Assembly: GCF_001194135.2 (NCBI RefSeq)
Contig: NC_068982.1
Span: 128,975,852-129,039,851 of the forward strand
Source: Octopus bimaculoides
Lineage: Eukaryota
Reading direction: 5' to 3'
DNA: 64,000 nucleotides
Shown: piece after piece, positions 40,101 through 55,100 of the stretch
Position numbering within the stretch: the stretch's first letter is position 1
How the letters are laid out: every line of letters starts with the position of its first letter
Translations under genes and position numbers: made by a program
The notes under the pieces: model-generated
Seen by the model: only the letters and a program-made list of their open reading frames with translations
Database searches by the model: none
Told to the model about the DNA's origin: nothing

Positions 40101-43100
40101 TTACTAATATATTTCTCATCCTCTAAAAGCAACAGATGAAAGTCAATACTTTCTCTGGTATATCTGTCAGGTCAAGAGACTACTTAGAGGCTCCCTTGTT
40201 GCTTCACAGAAATAGTATTATACAAATGAAATGAGAATTTTTAAAAATGGAAATAACTATAAAGCACCTATTGCTTCACAGAAAAAATCTTTGAATTCTT
40301 TGATATAAAAATATTATTTTTTTAATTTGCAGTACGAAAGCAGAAATTATATTCAAAAGTAAAAGCATAGTTGAGGTAAAGAAAGTAAAATGTTACAGGT
40401 TCCCAGCTATTTGTTGAAAGTGAGTGGTATAAAACTGGCAAGAGTGATTTGTTAAGGTGCCTCTGTTTCACAAATGGGAAGATAATAAATATCCTCTACT
40501 TACACGCTTGCAATGACTACCCACCCACCCATCTAGTTCTTCTTCTCCCAGAGCCCCACTCTGGTACCATATCATCATCATCATCATCATTTTTATTTCT
40601 CTTCCAGTTTTACCCGATTTACTCCTTCCCACTTTTGTATAATATGAGCAGCTTTGTATCATCTCTGCAGCAAGAAACCTGTTCTAGTCCCTTCCGTTTA
40701 TCATCTAGCATAAAATTTTCCACCTTCTCTACTGTAGTCCTACTCAGTCAAACAGAATCCTACTATTGTGAACCACATGGTGACTCACTAATGCTGGTGC
40801 CACAAAAAAGCACCCAGGACACTCTATAAAGTATTCGATATTAGGAAGGGCATCCAGTAGTAGACCCATGCCAACACAGACATTGGAGCATGACATAGTT
40901 TTCTAGCCTGTTAGATCTTGTCAAACATCCAACTCGTGCCAGTATAGAAGACAGACATTTAAAGATGATGAAGCTGAACCCCTGCATCAGATCTGAGGAG
41001 TTAACACAACAAAATAAGCATTTCATTACACAATCAAAATATATTCAAAACTAATAAATTTTTAAAAACAAACCTTTGGTCTTGGTTTTCCAGTTACTTT
41101 GCAGACAAATGTTACATCTGAACCTTCAATTAAACGGAAGTTTTTCAGTGTCTGTGTTATTCTGGGATGTTCTTTACCAACAGATACTTTATCCTCGGGA
41201 TGTTCTGAATCATATTCACTTGTACTTCCAACGTCACTAGTGAAATGAATCTTTCCCTCACGGAATTGAATTTCCTGCTTCAGACGTTCCTCAAAAGCAG
41301 AACTCTTGAAATCCTATGAATACAAAGAATTGAAACTTAATGTAGTTTCTAGAAGAAAATCAAATATTACATAGATAAAAATACAATTTTTCATCTCAAT
41401 AGAATTTTAAATTAATTATTTGTGCAACATGAGGTATTTCTCTTGCACAACATCAGCAGTGTGGAGAGAGGGGACTTGCAAACATAAGCAACTGCTTGTC
41501 TTCCACGAAAATAAAACATTCCCCAGATTTCCATAGACATAATTAATTCTGACCAGAGTCTTATATATATATATATACATATGTTTGTATGTGTGTGTGT
41601 ATATATATATATATATATACACACATATGTATATATGTATGTGTGTAAGTATACAGAGAGAGCACATGAAGCATATATGCTACAAATACTTACAAATTTA
41701 AAAGTGAAACAAAATATGAAGTACCTTGTATCTTCTGTGATATTTTAAACCATGTACTAACTTTTTGAAGAAATGTTTTTTAATGCTGAACTCTCATAAT
41801 GAAAACATTTCAGTCTAAAACTAATTTATACACACACACACACACTGTTTTATGTTAAACAAATGAGAAGGGAGTGTTCAAGATATGTTGTAAAGTGTAT
41901 GGTGTTTTTATTGAAATTGAAACAGAATTTGTCTTGTGACTCAAGTTTAAGTTTAAAAACTAAATTATGAATATTATGAAATCCTACTTTAATTTTTTTT
42001 TTAATTAATTTCATTTTACCTGAGGTGCAGGTTTTGCTAATTTGTCATCCACTTTCTTTACAGGTACATGTTCAGGTTTTGGTACAGGCTTTTTAGGTGC
42101 ATGGTCAATTCCATCAATCAGCTTGGGAACACTTGGTGCTGAAAAAGAAGAACAAAAATTAGTTTGTTTTTTTTAACAATTTAGGTTGCTTTTCTGATTG
42201 ATAAACCATTAATGAAACCAGTAGGATACTTTATTCTAAATATTGAATTATCAATTTCTAAAATATATCAATAAGAATTTTATATATATCAAAAGGAAAT
42301 TAATATCAAAATTAAATGCATGTATGTGTGTGTGTATGCACAATGCATATAAAAATATATTGCATCATCACTTTCATCACCACCACCACCACCACACAAG
42401 AACACATAATCATGTATAACCAATCCAACAATGGTGACTGCAAAGTACTTTGAGGATAATGTTTCCAAATTTTTTTAATTCTAATTCGATAACAGAATGT
42501 TTTTTGACAAATAGATAAGGAAAAGACAACTCCTCATTTTATAAGTTTTCAACAATAGTGTTAGAGATTATACAACAAACTATCCCCGTTTACCTCAGGT
42601 GCTTGGTTCCAAAAAGATACCATTTCTTATAAATGAATAATAGAACATATAGAAAAGAAACAGGTTTTGTTTGGAGGCCCCAAGTTGTCCTGAGCAAGTA
42701 GAATGATAAAGTATTTCTCTGTATATTGCAGTGTATGCAGTAAAGAAAGCACTCAATAAAATAAATCTAGGTGTACAACAAAATTAGGAAGAAATACTAT
42801 GGTTTACAAAACAAGAAACACCCATGTAATCTTTATTTGTAGAAACAATTAGAAACAATTAGATTTAATAGTGTCTTCAGTTGATATAATAATGAAATAG
42901 GGCTAAAATATTCTTATTTATTAGAATTTAATAATGGGAAATTTGCATTCCAAACCCCAAAAATGTTCATCAGTAATTATCCTATATCCTTCGTTCCACA
43001 TAATAATTACTTCAAATATTTAGGTTCAAAGCTGCTGTGATTAAACAGTCATCAAAGGTATTATATAATATTACAAAAAAATTTAATTGCCCGAGCTTTC

Positions 43101-46100
43101 TTTTTACTGCATAAAAATAAAAGCCAACAAGGTAATAGTAATAACATTTCAATACTTGACAGAACTATAAAGTGAATCTAATCCACGAGATCCAGGCATA
43201 AAAAAAAAACCAACAACAAAAGTAAATACACTAACCAAGAGCTTAAAAGTGAAAGAAAGCAGCATTAGCGAGTCAGAAGTCAATACTATTACTGAAGTTG
43301 TGACATCCAACTCTAGAAACTTAGGCAGATCTTGCTATCTGGTTTTTATAGAATTAAGTATTTGTACATATGGAGAGAAATGATTTATCATCATCCTCTA
43401 CTAAACTGATATTATCTTACTTTAGAAGAAAGTGTAATTCTACTTGAGTTAATTGTGGTGAGCAGTAGAATTCCAAACGCATTCATATTTTCACAATTTT
43501 CTTTCACAAAATATCAAATGCTTACCTTCAACAAGAACTGCACTTGTAGCGTCTTGACCAGCTATATTCTGAGCAGTGCAAGTGTAATCACCTTTATCTC
43601 TTAATGTACTTTTAGAAATTAAGAAGGTACAACGGCCTGTAACTACATCAGTATAAACATGGTGGCTAAAATAGAAGAAATATAAAAATTTGAATAGAGA
43701 CAAATAATAGATAGGTTTAATGAAAGAACAAACAAAAGAATGATTAAAAATTAAATATCCTTCAACTGAATACAAAAATTGCTCTAATGAATGCTAGATT
43801 ATTTTTTCCAATAATTCTTAAGTAATATATTTATCATGAAATAACATGGCCTTGTAGTTAGTGTGTTTATCTGGTGATGATAGGGTAATGGGTTCAACTC
43901 CAGGACCAGGAAGCATGAGTTGTCCTTAAGCAAAGCATTTCACATTGTTCCAGTCTACTCAGCTGTAATGAGTACCAGCCATGAGCCAGTGCATCACTCT
44001 CTCCCTCCAGCTGTCATATTTTGAACTTTCTGGTGGATCAAAGGTGAGGAGGTCAAGAGAGTGCCTAGGTCTGCTCCCAACTACACAGGCACTTAAAATA
44101 AGTAGCGAAAGCAAAATACATATTTCCATGCCATACCCGCTTGTAGGTCACATTTGGCTGTACTGTACTAGTATGTTCTTCAGGCAATGTTTAAAAACAA
44201 TGGTTTGATAACTAGAAAAAATATATCTAAGAACTACAATACTTATCTAAGAGCCATGATGAAATACCAAGTATCATTGTGATTTTATATAGCTGTATGG
44301 AATTTTCTTATATTCTTACATTTATTTACAAGTAAAACTTATAATCATTTGCAAACAATATATAAAAAATTATAAAAAATATTCTTAAAATTATATTTCT
44401 TAAGCTTACTTTTCGTCTTCAATAACTGGAAGTCCAAAATGTGTCCACATAATCTGTGGGAAAGGCTTTCCAATCACAGTACATTCAAGCATCACATTGA
44501 TACCTTCAATTAGCATGGCATTCTGTAATGGTTCAATGAATCTTGGAGGCTGTGTAACAGGTGCACCAAACTTCACTGTTGGTTTTTTCTTTGGTTCTAA
44601 AAATGGTTCCTCAGCAACAGGTGGTGGTGGTGGTGGCTTGGGAACTGGAGCAGGTGATGGTATTTTGAAAGGAACTTTTCTAACTCCCAGAATTGGTGAT
44701 GCAGTAGGAACTTGCACAACTGGTACAGGTGTTAATACTGGTAATTCTTGAGGTACATTTGCAGAAACTGGAGGAGATTCCTCTGATGATGATATAGGTT
44801 CTGGAAAAAAAAAAGGCAAGAATTGGAAATTGGTAACATATATTGCTGATATCTGAAGAAATTTTAGGAAGAAATGTGCAAGAAAAATCATTACCAGAAA
44901 GAAAAAATACCTACCTTTTACATCTAAGTAAGCAGTGGATGTGTTAGTACCTTGTACATTTGTAGCAACACATTTGTATTGGCCAGAATCTTCAGCAAAT
45001 ACCTCAGCAATTACAAGTCTGCTGACACCATTGATATATGTGATTTCAAAATCTGGAGAATTGTGTATGATCTTTTCATTTTTAAACCATTTAACAACAG
45101 GTTCAGGGTTTCCAGTGATAATGACTTCAAAGATTACTTTTTCACCTTCATTGACAGTAACATTCTGAAGTGGCTATAAAAAATGAATTTAAGAAAATAA
45201 AATTATTACAATTAATTAACCTTACTAGTGAGTGCATAATAAAAAAAAATTATCTTAAACAATTAATTGTACCACATAATCATTCTATATAAGAATAGAA
45301 ATAACTTAATGACATTTATTGCATATTGCAGCTTTTGGTGATCTTGTTCACACTAGGCATGAGGCTGGTATTAATATTTGACTTCCTACTTCTCTGCATT
45401 GAGAGGTCACAGCTGAAGTACTACAAACATGTGGTTAGAATGTTGTAGGAAAGAATCAAGTCAAGCCATTCAGCAAGAGACTTAGGAATAAACCAAGAAC
45501 AAGATGTTTGGTTAATATCCATAGTCTCAGTTGGTCATGCTTGGTATTCCAGCCCAAAAGTTTAATGATGTTTGCTTCTGATAGGATCTTATGAAGGAGG
45601 TGCTTAAACAGCCCTCTCAGGAATAGTGGGCGAAGAAGATGGAAGGGTGGATATTTTTCAGATTTTTATTCAGTTAATTCATATCAATAAAGATATCACT
45701 CCTCAATAATTTTTCAATTATTTTGTTACAGTTAAAATAAATAATTTCAAATTAGAAGTTATAATGGAATGCTGATAATATAAGTGATTTTCAATTCAAC
45801 ATTTAAAACTATATAGAACTATATGCCTCAGCAATTACAAGTTTTATAATTTTTCCTTAAAAATGGCAAATTTCGCAAATTTTTTATTGTTAAAGAATTA
45901 TTTTACAAAGATAGCCTTTAATCATGAATTAGAAGTTCAAATAAAAGAACTAAAAGTAAACAGTACCTTAGGGAAAGACGGCTTGAGATGAGGAGCAGGT
46001 TTCATCTGTGGTTTAACTGCAGCTGGAATCACAGGTTCTTGTACTTCAGCTGGTTGGTCAAAAAGTTTAAGACGTTTTTCAAAGGGTGGCAAAGTTTGTT

Positions 46101-49100
46101 CCGGTTCATCCACATCCATTTTAATATCAGCTGGAGGAACAGGTACTGGAGGTTGTACACTTTTTATTGGAGAAGGTTTTTCAGGTTTCTCTTTATGTGT
46201 AGGTTTGAGAGCAGGTTCTTGTGCAGGCTTAGGAACTGGTTTAGGAACAGGAGCTTGTACATGTCTAATTGGTGAAGGATGTACAGGTTCTTGAATCGGC
46301 TGTGGTGGTTCAACTGGGCGCATGTAAACATCTGCCTGATGTGTAGGCACAACAGGTTTGATATGCGCAAAACTCTCCACTACTGGTGGTGGTGGTGCTA
46401 TATTAAAGAAAAGAAGTTCATTATAAAAATTTGATCAAAATATATATTTTTGCAAAAATATAAACGTACATTGAATGTGAACATTGGCAAATAAACTTTA
46501 CTAATTTTATAAAAGCTATTCTTCTATATCTGTAAAGCTTTTATTTTATTTTGTTTTTGTATCTGGTTTGCAAGATTCTTTACATAAATTCGTGTGTTGA
46601 AGCAAATTTCGTTGTGTTCAGGGAGAGTCATTATGCCAATATTATTAACACACACACACTGGTTCAATTTCACTCCTTTATTATTAGTCAATTGGTTAAA
46701 TATCCAACTAACTAATCAATTAACCAAATTGAACAAACAGCTAGATATTTAACCAACTGACTAATAATAAAGGAGTGAAATTGAACCAGTGTGTGTGTTA
46801 ACAATATTGGCATAATGACTCTCCCTAAACACAACGAAATTTTATTTCATTTATATAGGAAATAGTTAAGCAATTGTATTAGAAAGCTACATTTAATTTT
46901 TAGGTATTATATGATGAAATAAAAGTGTTTTTTGAAAGATAAGGAAATCTAGATTACCTTGCACTCTCAATTCAGCCATACATTCTGCTTCTCCAGCAGG
47001 ATTTTTAGCCTTGACAGTAAATTTTCCTGAATCTTCATAGAAAACCTCTGGAATGTAGAGAGTATGAATATCTCCCTCTTGGATGATTTCAAAATCAGGG
47101 GAACTAACAATGCGGGATCCTTCCCTATACCACATGACTTGTGGGGCAGGTGTGCCAGCAACACGAACTGTTAATTTTACAGATTCTCCTTCTTTAACTT
47201 GGCGTCTTTGAAGTCTTTCAGTGAAAGATGGTGGTATCATGGAAGCTAAAAAATATAAAATATGAAAATCATTAGACATAAATTTATTAATAACTAATTA
47301 TATACACAATTTATTTTAAAAAAATTATACAAATTACAATGTAACTTTTGAAAATTTTTAAGTACTTGTGTCATCATGAATGATGAATTTTTGTTAATTA
47401 AAATGTAAGATAGACATCCTCCACTATCCCCACATTGCAGAAGCATTGCATTCTTCAAAATTGTGCTCTGTCATAGAATTTCATAATGTAAAACATACTT
47501 CCCATTTACTTCCATGAACATCAAAGTTAATAGAAAATATGTTTCATGTTAAGATAAGATATTCAGGGATGCAATGTTTCAATAAGTAAAGGTGCATGGC
47601 CTAATGGTTAGAGTGTTGCATTCATCACTGGACAATTGTGATTTCAATTCCCAGACCAGACAATGTATTGTGTTCTTGAACAAAACACTTCATTTCACAT
47701 TGCTCCAGTCTACTCAGATCAGGAAAATGAGTGATCTTGTGATGGACTGGCATCCCATCCCATTCAAGAGGAATGTTATGATTTTGATCACTTATACACC
47801 ATGAAAGCACGGTAACCAACCCTATAAGTCCTTGGACATGAGATAGTAATGTCCAGAGATTGATGGTGAATGTTTCCTTAATATAGGGGATGTCTCTTTT
47901 GTAATTTAATTCCTTTTTTCATTATTTTTATCAAAGACAAATAAAAACCATGTACCAAAGTAGAAATTTAGTTAATATAAATTTATAATACTTACCTCTA
48001 ACAATCAGTTCAGCAGTACTTGATGCACATCCAACATAATTAGATGCTGTACAAGTAACTTGGCCTGATTGCTCTTCAAGAACTTCTGGTATGGTAAGAG
48101 AAACACGGCCATCTTTGTATGAAATTTCAAAGTCTGCTCCGTCAGTAATTTCCTTATCTTTCTTATACCATTTGATACTGGGTTCAGGTTTACCTAAAAT
48201 TAATTTTGAGTATTTTGTTAGCTTGAAGTAAAACAAAACCATTCAAGCAAAAATTGAAATGTTTGAACTTTTAAATATCATAATAAGCCAAAGATTCTTA
48301 TTAGATTGCTTTCCCAAAAGAATTAATATTCTATTTATTAATGTTCTATATATAAGCTTTATACAATCCCTATAGGTACAAGATCCATTATAATATTTTA
48401 TGGAATGATCATTGTACTAAATTTCAAACCATAAGTGAAGGAGACTACGAAAGAGAGAGAGTCTGTGATGATTCTAGGTTGAGAGGAACATATTTTTTGT
48501 TGTATGAGCATAGAACTGGAGAGTGTAACAAAGTAGACACTATTGCAGGTGGATATATGGAAGGAACAGTAGTAAAAGAAGGGAAAATATATATTAATTC
48601 TTATGTATGAGTTCCTTGAAACATGGAATATCTTTCAAGAGTTCACCAAGAGTAAAAAGATTAGGAAATGCTATAATCCAGAGGGTTAACAGACTCACAA
48701 CTGTAGTTTTATTTTTTTTTTATAGGATATATTAAGTCTATTTCAGAGAAATTTTGCATACAGAATTTTGTTGTTTTGTGAAGATTATTAACAGTTTTCA
48801 ATGAAGTCATTAGGCAAAAAGGAAACAAAACATTTCACCTACATAACTAGTTATTAAAAAAGCATTAAAATTACATGGAGATTACAACTGTTGAGTGAAA
48901 AATTTGGAGGCAAAAGATTTATTTAATGCTTTTCACATATATCTAAAAAAAATTCAAGGTTTATATCTTGAAAATATTTTAAATATTAACACTATTTAGT
49001 ACTACTTTATCAGTTAATTTTTGCTGTGTTGAATAGTTTAAAGATATTTCAATTTAAAATTATCAAATTATTAAATGATATACAAATGAATTAAAATCTA

Positions 49101-52100
49101 CCATTGAAATGCAATTCTTACCAGTAACAACACCATCAAAAGTGACTTTGGTGCCTTCAAGAGCAGTAATATTTTTGAGGGCTTGAAGGAATTTTGGTGG
49201 TATGGGAACTTCAATCCTGAGATCTACTTGTTGATATTGTGGGGCGAGATCAGTTGTGATGGAGGTAGCAAATCTATCATGTGTAGCAACAGGTGCACCC
49301 ATTACTTCGAATTTTGGTGGTACTTGTGTAGTAATGGTAGTAGAATGATGTTCCATTCCTGACATGCTCTTTTCTTGCATATCAGCAATTATACGGCTTA
49401 ATCTTGTTTCTGATTGAGTGACTGTTCGAGTACTGTAACATCATAACAATATAACATATTACTCAAAAGGTTTATTTCTTTTAGGTAAATAATCTTAAAA
49501 ATTCAGCAAAGAAGATTTTTACAAGCAATTTTATTAAATCAGATGTAATCATTTATACTTTAGAGTAAATTGAAAAGAATTTGATTAATCGCTATATTTT
49601 TCAAGTTAGCTAAACCTACTAAATCTATAGATTCAACTATATCTAAAGCTTTATTTACATTTTTTTTTCTATCTAAACATCAGTCCTTCCTTCCATTTTG
49701 ATTGTTGATCAATAAGTTAAACCAGTACATATAAAATATATGTTGCATGTATAAGTTTGTCCTTCTACACTGATAAATAAGTTAATTTGGGATTAGAATT
49801 CAAGTTATTTTTCTCTAAATGAAATATGCATGAATTAGGACTGTGATATGTAGTGGTAAGCATGAAGGAATTTAGCATTAAACTAGTGTGTACTTATTGG
49901 AAAATTAAGGGATACATTGATTTTAAAACTATATAAGCTAAGGAAGCAGATAAATATAGCATGGAGAAGTGTTCACTTTGTGACTGACATCAGTAACCAA
50001 AGTCACAGACAGAGTGTGAGAGAGAATATTGAAAATGCTGTTGTAAGCCAAAAGAACACACGTAAATGATTGAATCTGGGCTTAAAGTTTACCATTACTT
50101 TGTTCATCTCTTGCTTAAAAAAAGAGCTACATTTTCTTTATGTTCAAAATATTCTGCTAAAACTCAGTATTTAGAATATGCTTTCCTCAAAAGCTACAGT
50201 ACCAAAGTTTAAGAGAAATGATTGATTACCATTTAAAGAAAGGGATACCTTATAGTGACTAACTAAATAAGTGATTAAATACTGTTTAATAAATACTACA
50301 TTTCATAGTTGAAAACGTACAATTGAGATTGGTAACTAGCTTCCATTGGGACTGGTAGAACTTTCTCAACAATGACTCGTGCTGAACATGTTGCTCTTCC
50401 TGAAGGATTCTCAGCTGTAATGGTGAATCTTCCAGCATCACGTTCACTAGCTTTTGGAATGATCAAACGATATTTGTCTCCTTCCATACATGGTTGATGT
50501 TGTCTTATATCAATGAGGTCTCCATTGTATTGCCAAACAACCTAAAATTTAGAAACAAACACAATAAGGAAATATAATTGCTAAATAATACCAATTGCAC
50601 ATTAAATAAGTTTTGTTTACTTGCCTACATGGGATAAAAATATAAAAAAACTCAGCAATAATTAAGTCATAATATTTTAAAAGTTATATTACTGTTACTA
50701 ATTCTATAGCCTTTGGAGGGATAAAATGTGAAGTCGATCTTGGAAGGAATTGAACACATAAAATAGAAGGATGAAGTTAAACATTGTAAACTATTTAATT
50801 CAAAAATCAAATTGATTAACTCACAATAAGCAATACAACAGCAGCCGTAGCAATGCAATTAAATGAGTTTTTGAGGTTTAAAATCTAAAATTGTTTTCAA
50901 TTTGGAAGAAAAATGTGTAATAATTACTTTTGGCTTAGGTGTTCCAGTAATTATGCACTCAAGCATAACTGGCTCGCCTTGTTTCACTGTAACATCTTGA
51001 AACAATTTAGTAAATTCTGGAGGTGACTGTTTAATTTCTTCAGTTCTTGTAACAGTAGTTACTTTCTCAACTGTACGACGAACCATAGTTAATTGTTCCA
51101 TTCCTGGTTGTTTCTCAGATTTAACTAACAATTTTCCATAACATTTGGCTTCTCCGGCAGGATTGACAGCTTTTACCATGAAAGTGCCACTATCTTCTCC
51201 AAAAGTTTCAGGAATTATAAGTGAATGCACATCGCCATTACAGACGGTCTGAAAGAAAAAAATTATTTGAATTATATTAGAACTAGTCATTAAATATTTA
51301 ACTTTCAAATCCTTTAATAAGAACTGTCAAAATTAACTAACTTCTTCAGAATTGTATACAATTTTATATGAAGAATGTTTTTCTTTGGTTTTGCTCCTGT
51401 AACTCTAAAACTGCTACCTTCAAATAATGAAATATGGGTTAAGAAACACAATACAATTTCTATCAATAATGATCCCAATCACGTTCTCTCCAGCTTGATG
51501 CTTTTAAAATCTCTGTAGCTAACTTTAAAGGATCTGTATTTTTCCCAATATTTATACCCTTAATTGCTTTATTCACTGCTTCACTAATGGTCTCTGTAGG
51601 TGATATCTCTGTCTCTTTATCTAAAGAAGAGTGTCTGCTATTCATATTTTTGCTCAACAACAAACATCTCATTAATTTTACTCCCATGAATTTTTTTCAT
51701 TGTAGAAATTCATATGATTGAATAGATTTCTTCATGATATCTTGACATTACAAACACACGATCTCATGGTTACAAAGTTTTGTTTCTCATTTTCTCATCA
51801 CAGAACATTTCAATTATCCAGCCACATAGCTTGTGTTAACTGTTCTCATCTATTTACATCTTTTCTGCTCTTTTCTGGCATGTGAAATATTTCTTACAAT
51901 TTAATTTACTAACTATTCTCATGGGACTGCTTCATATCCATTACTGCTTGCAATAAATCAACCCTATCAGTCTCTATTGCTTTACTAAAATTAAGTATTT
52001 TCTAGTACTATGTAAGAGCTAATCTACACTATAGCCTCTTTAAGATTTTGCACTCTTCTCTACTTATTTATAGTTCTTCCTAACTTTGTGATTTACAAGC

Positions 52101-55100
52101 TGAATTCAGTAACATCGAGTGGGAGAACTTCTTCATAAGTAGTACACTTAGTCATCACAACCATTTGGTTCAAAGGTTCACTTAACTGGTAATTTGGTTG
52201 GCTTAGTTTCTAAAATTTAGGTCCCAAATAGTAAATTTGTGTAAATCCCAGCATTCCAGAACCTTCATTCAATGTTCAATCCTCATGACATATATAGCTT
52301 CTAACAACATCAGTGTATCCATCTCAATGATTTTCAATGTGATTATTAGAATTCTTTATAGCAATCATATATCTGCCATCTACCTTAGAAGTAGTTGTCA
52401 CAAGGAACTCATCCTTTAGCTCATCTGCTAATCTTATTTACATAAAGATTAAAGTGAGTATCATCTTACTTATCCCAGCTCTAAGTTTAACCATCCTGTA
52501 ATCTATCCCGACAATCTCTATTACAGAATTTATCTACTTTTCTACAAAAGCATACCTACACCTTTAAAACTGACCCACAGAACTTATTCTATTCTCCTCT
52601 CTAAAATTGTTGTATCTAATAATAGCCCTTCTTCATTTTGTACCTGAAATATAATATTCACCTCTGCTATTTCATCAGTTTCCATCATGGTACAAATTAT
52701 ACTAACTAATGTAAAACAAATTTGCTGAATTGACTAATTTCTAGAAGTGAAATTATTTGATAATTGTCAAACTCATAAATGACAACATCCGTAGGTATGT
52801 AAGTGCTAATAATGTATTTGGTGACATTTTGAATTTAACAAGTCATGAAGGGTAATATGAAGCTTTCATATTTTAGCATAGAAGTTTTATGTAATATCAT
52901 TTTGAACCTTTGTAATAAATATCATTCATTATTCACAAAAATGCACCTTAAATTATACACATATCATTATAAATATTACTAACCTTATATTTAGAAGATG
53001 GTTCAATCAATATACCTTCTCTAAACCACTGAACTTCGGGAATTGGCATACCATGAACAGTACATCTCAAAGTAACATTTTCACCTGGTTTGCTGGCTAC
53101 ATCAGTGAGCAGTTCTGGGAAAGTTGGTGCAACCAAATCTGTACCAGAGCCGTCACTCATTTCACTCAGAGCTGAAAAATATATTGATTTTTATGATGTG
53201 AAGATCATTTTCTCATTAGTAATAAATATATATTAATGGAGGATTAACTTTTTCAATTGTCTTTAAGTGATAAAAGAAATTAGCAGACTACTCTGTGGAA
53301 TAACATAAAACAAATCAAATTAAAAATAACTTTTAAATAATTATCTGAAGCTTTTGGTAGTTTCCATGTTTTGTAAATTTAATCTCAAACAGTCAATATA
53401 AATAATAACACTTTAAGATCTTCCATAGACAATATCTTATCAATTTATGTGTTGACAAAAAAAGAACTTTAGAATATATTAATTTAATTTAATAATAAGG
53501 TTGATATATTCTACATTTGTATTCCAATAGCAGTAATGATGATGCATGTAATAGTTTTATTGTGAAGGGGTCATAGAATGAAAGCTTATCAAAAGTAATT
53601 TTTATTTTCAAAACTAATTCTATTTTAATGTAAAGACTAATGAGGAACAAATCAAGAGTAAATACACCTTCAGTTTTAAAAAATATATCCAGCTATATGT
53701 ATTTTCCACTAGAACATATTATTTTTAAATAGTAAATCTCATACTCTGGGGAATAATTTTCTGTATTAAACTTAGCAGTTCTTTTTAAATCAGCTCCAAA
53801 ATCATTTTTGAAGAAAATTATGATATATATCAGGCTATACATAATATGTTGAAAAGTAGATAAGGGCTGATGTAAATAACAATACAGAAACAGTTACTGA
53901 ATTATAGCTAATCATGATAAAAAGTGAAAATATTAAAACAGTTAATTATAGAGCATCTTAATTACCCACCATGTCTAAATGTTTCCATTAATGCTTAAAA
54001 AGGAAAGAATTTGTTTATATTAATTCTAGATTTATTGTTTTAAAGATATATTTTAATATTTTTCAAATATAACCTTAGCTCAAAGTTAATTTAAATATTA
54101 GATGAAAAATAGAAATTCAAAAAATTTAAATACCTTCAACAATTAGTTTGCAATGACTTTCAGCAACACCATGAGGATTACGTGCTACACATCTATATAG
54201 ACCTGCATCTTCTAAATACACCTCTCTAATGACAAGAGTACATCTATCACCTTCAAATAATAACTGTATGTCCTTTGATTCTTTCACTGGCTTATCATTA
54301 TGATACCAGATCACCTAAAATTAAATAGAAGAGATGTTAACATGATTCTTTAAAAGAATATTTCATTTAGAGATAGTTTGAACAGTTTCTGCTTTTAAAT
54401 TTTGTGACATTTCCAAAACATTGTATCTATTTCCAGATAATACAATTAACATTTCATGACCATTGGGTAAATTACTATGAAATAAATAAACCAGATTATT
54501 TAGCACACTTTTGTAATTTGCAAAAATGTTAGAATCTAACATGAGACATACAACACTTATATTTTTTTGTTCTATACACCTTTGTAATCATAGGAACTTA
54601 TTTAATTACTGTTAATTCAATAGTTACAAGGAACATTGGTGTGAATATTTAACATGTGCTTCTAATGTGCTAAAATTTTCTTATGCTACAAAGATAAAGT
54701 TAAATACTTTATTGTTAGGTCTTATGCAACTGGAAAGAAAACTTTATCATAGATTGTAAGAGTTAATGAAATAGAGCTTTCTCACCTCAGGTTCGGGATT
54801 TCCCACAATAATGCAGTCAAGCCGAACTCGGCTTCCTTCAATAACTTCAGCAGTTGCTTGAAGAAGCTGAGAGAAAAATGGTTTTACTGGTTCAACATCA
54901 GTTGATGACTGAGACATCTCCTCTCTGCAAATAAAAGTAGAGACAAATTAAGAATTAAAACAGTTAATTATCATACATAATGAAATATAATTTTTAGAAA
55001 TATTTTAATTAAAACTTGCTTACACCATTAGCATATATTTATATATCATCATCATCATCGTTTAATGTCCGCTTTCCATGCTAGCATGGGTTGGACGATT

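Noticed and set aside
44497-46275. Plus-strand ORFs at 44497, 44935, 44952 and 45988 (also 30196 and 3376)
   Set aside because: They are antisense shadows of Pro-rich or Ig exons, with no independent domain or splice evidence.
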